14,478 bases of DNA from a virus. Lineage: Duplodnaviria > Heunggongvirae > Uroviricota > Caudoviricetes. The notes under the pieces were generated by a model, which searched no databases, was not told the DNA's origin, and was given only the letters and a program-made list of their open reading frames with translations. Within the stretch, counting starts at the first letter, position 1. Each line of letters opens with the position of its first letter. Positions 14,373 to 14,478 of the stretch are shown one piece after another. Location of the stretch: IMG/VR virus record IMGVR_UViG_2713896899_000013, positions 1 to 14,478 of that record, one strand, 5' to 3'. The position numbers and the translations under genes were made by a program.

Positions 14373-14478
14373 ATGGCAAGAAAAACCAAGCCGTTAACCG
14401 ATACGGAAATCAAAGCCGCCAAACCTAAAGATGCCGATTACCAGCTGTATGATGGTGAAGTGGTCAACAAAAACTGGC
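14373..14478 (+). CDS. 5' end of a second tyrosine integrase, P4 / CP4-57 IntA-like (partial; runs off the window)
   Basis: MARKTKPLTDTEIKAAKPKDADYQLYDG matches the N-terminal arm-binding motif of P4-family integrases; GGAG 7 nt upstream; located after the ssrA 3' end as intA is in E. coli K-12. Confidence 0.7.
   Translation, partial: MARKTKPLTDTEIKAAKPKDADYQLYDGEVVNKNW

Overview
This window reads as the early/regulatory half of a lambdoid prophage of an enterobacterial (E. coli-like) host, ending at an attachment site that is the 3' end of ssrA (tmRNA) and followed by the start of a second, P4-type integrase. All calls are from reading the sequence and the ORF track; no database search was run, so family names are from recalled motifs. 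Layout, left to right: an AT-rich three-gene insert (304-2080); a minus-strand early-right operon Q <- DUF968-like <- KilA-N <- rusA <- LexA-domain protein <- Dam-like methyltransferase <- PerC-like <- O-like initiator (internal iterons) <- small ORF <- CII-like <- cro; the divergent pR/pRM operator region; cI -> terminator -> pL-like promoter with the same operator motif; a minus-strand secreted-protein gene; a yfdP/Q/R/S-like module; xis -> int -> ssrA 3' fragment -> terminator -> second integrase start. No lysis, structural or helicase-loader gene is visible. The best candidate for an undescribed system is the AT-rich insert next to Q, whose 294-aa membrane protein carries a potassium-channel-like pore signature; a 10-C homopolymer sits in the neighbouring ORF.
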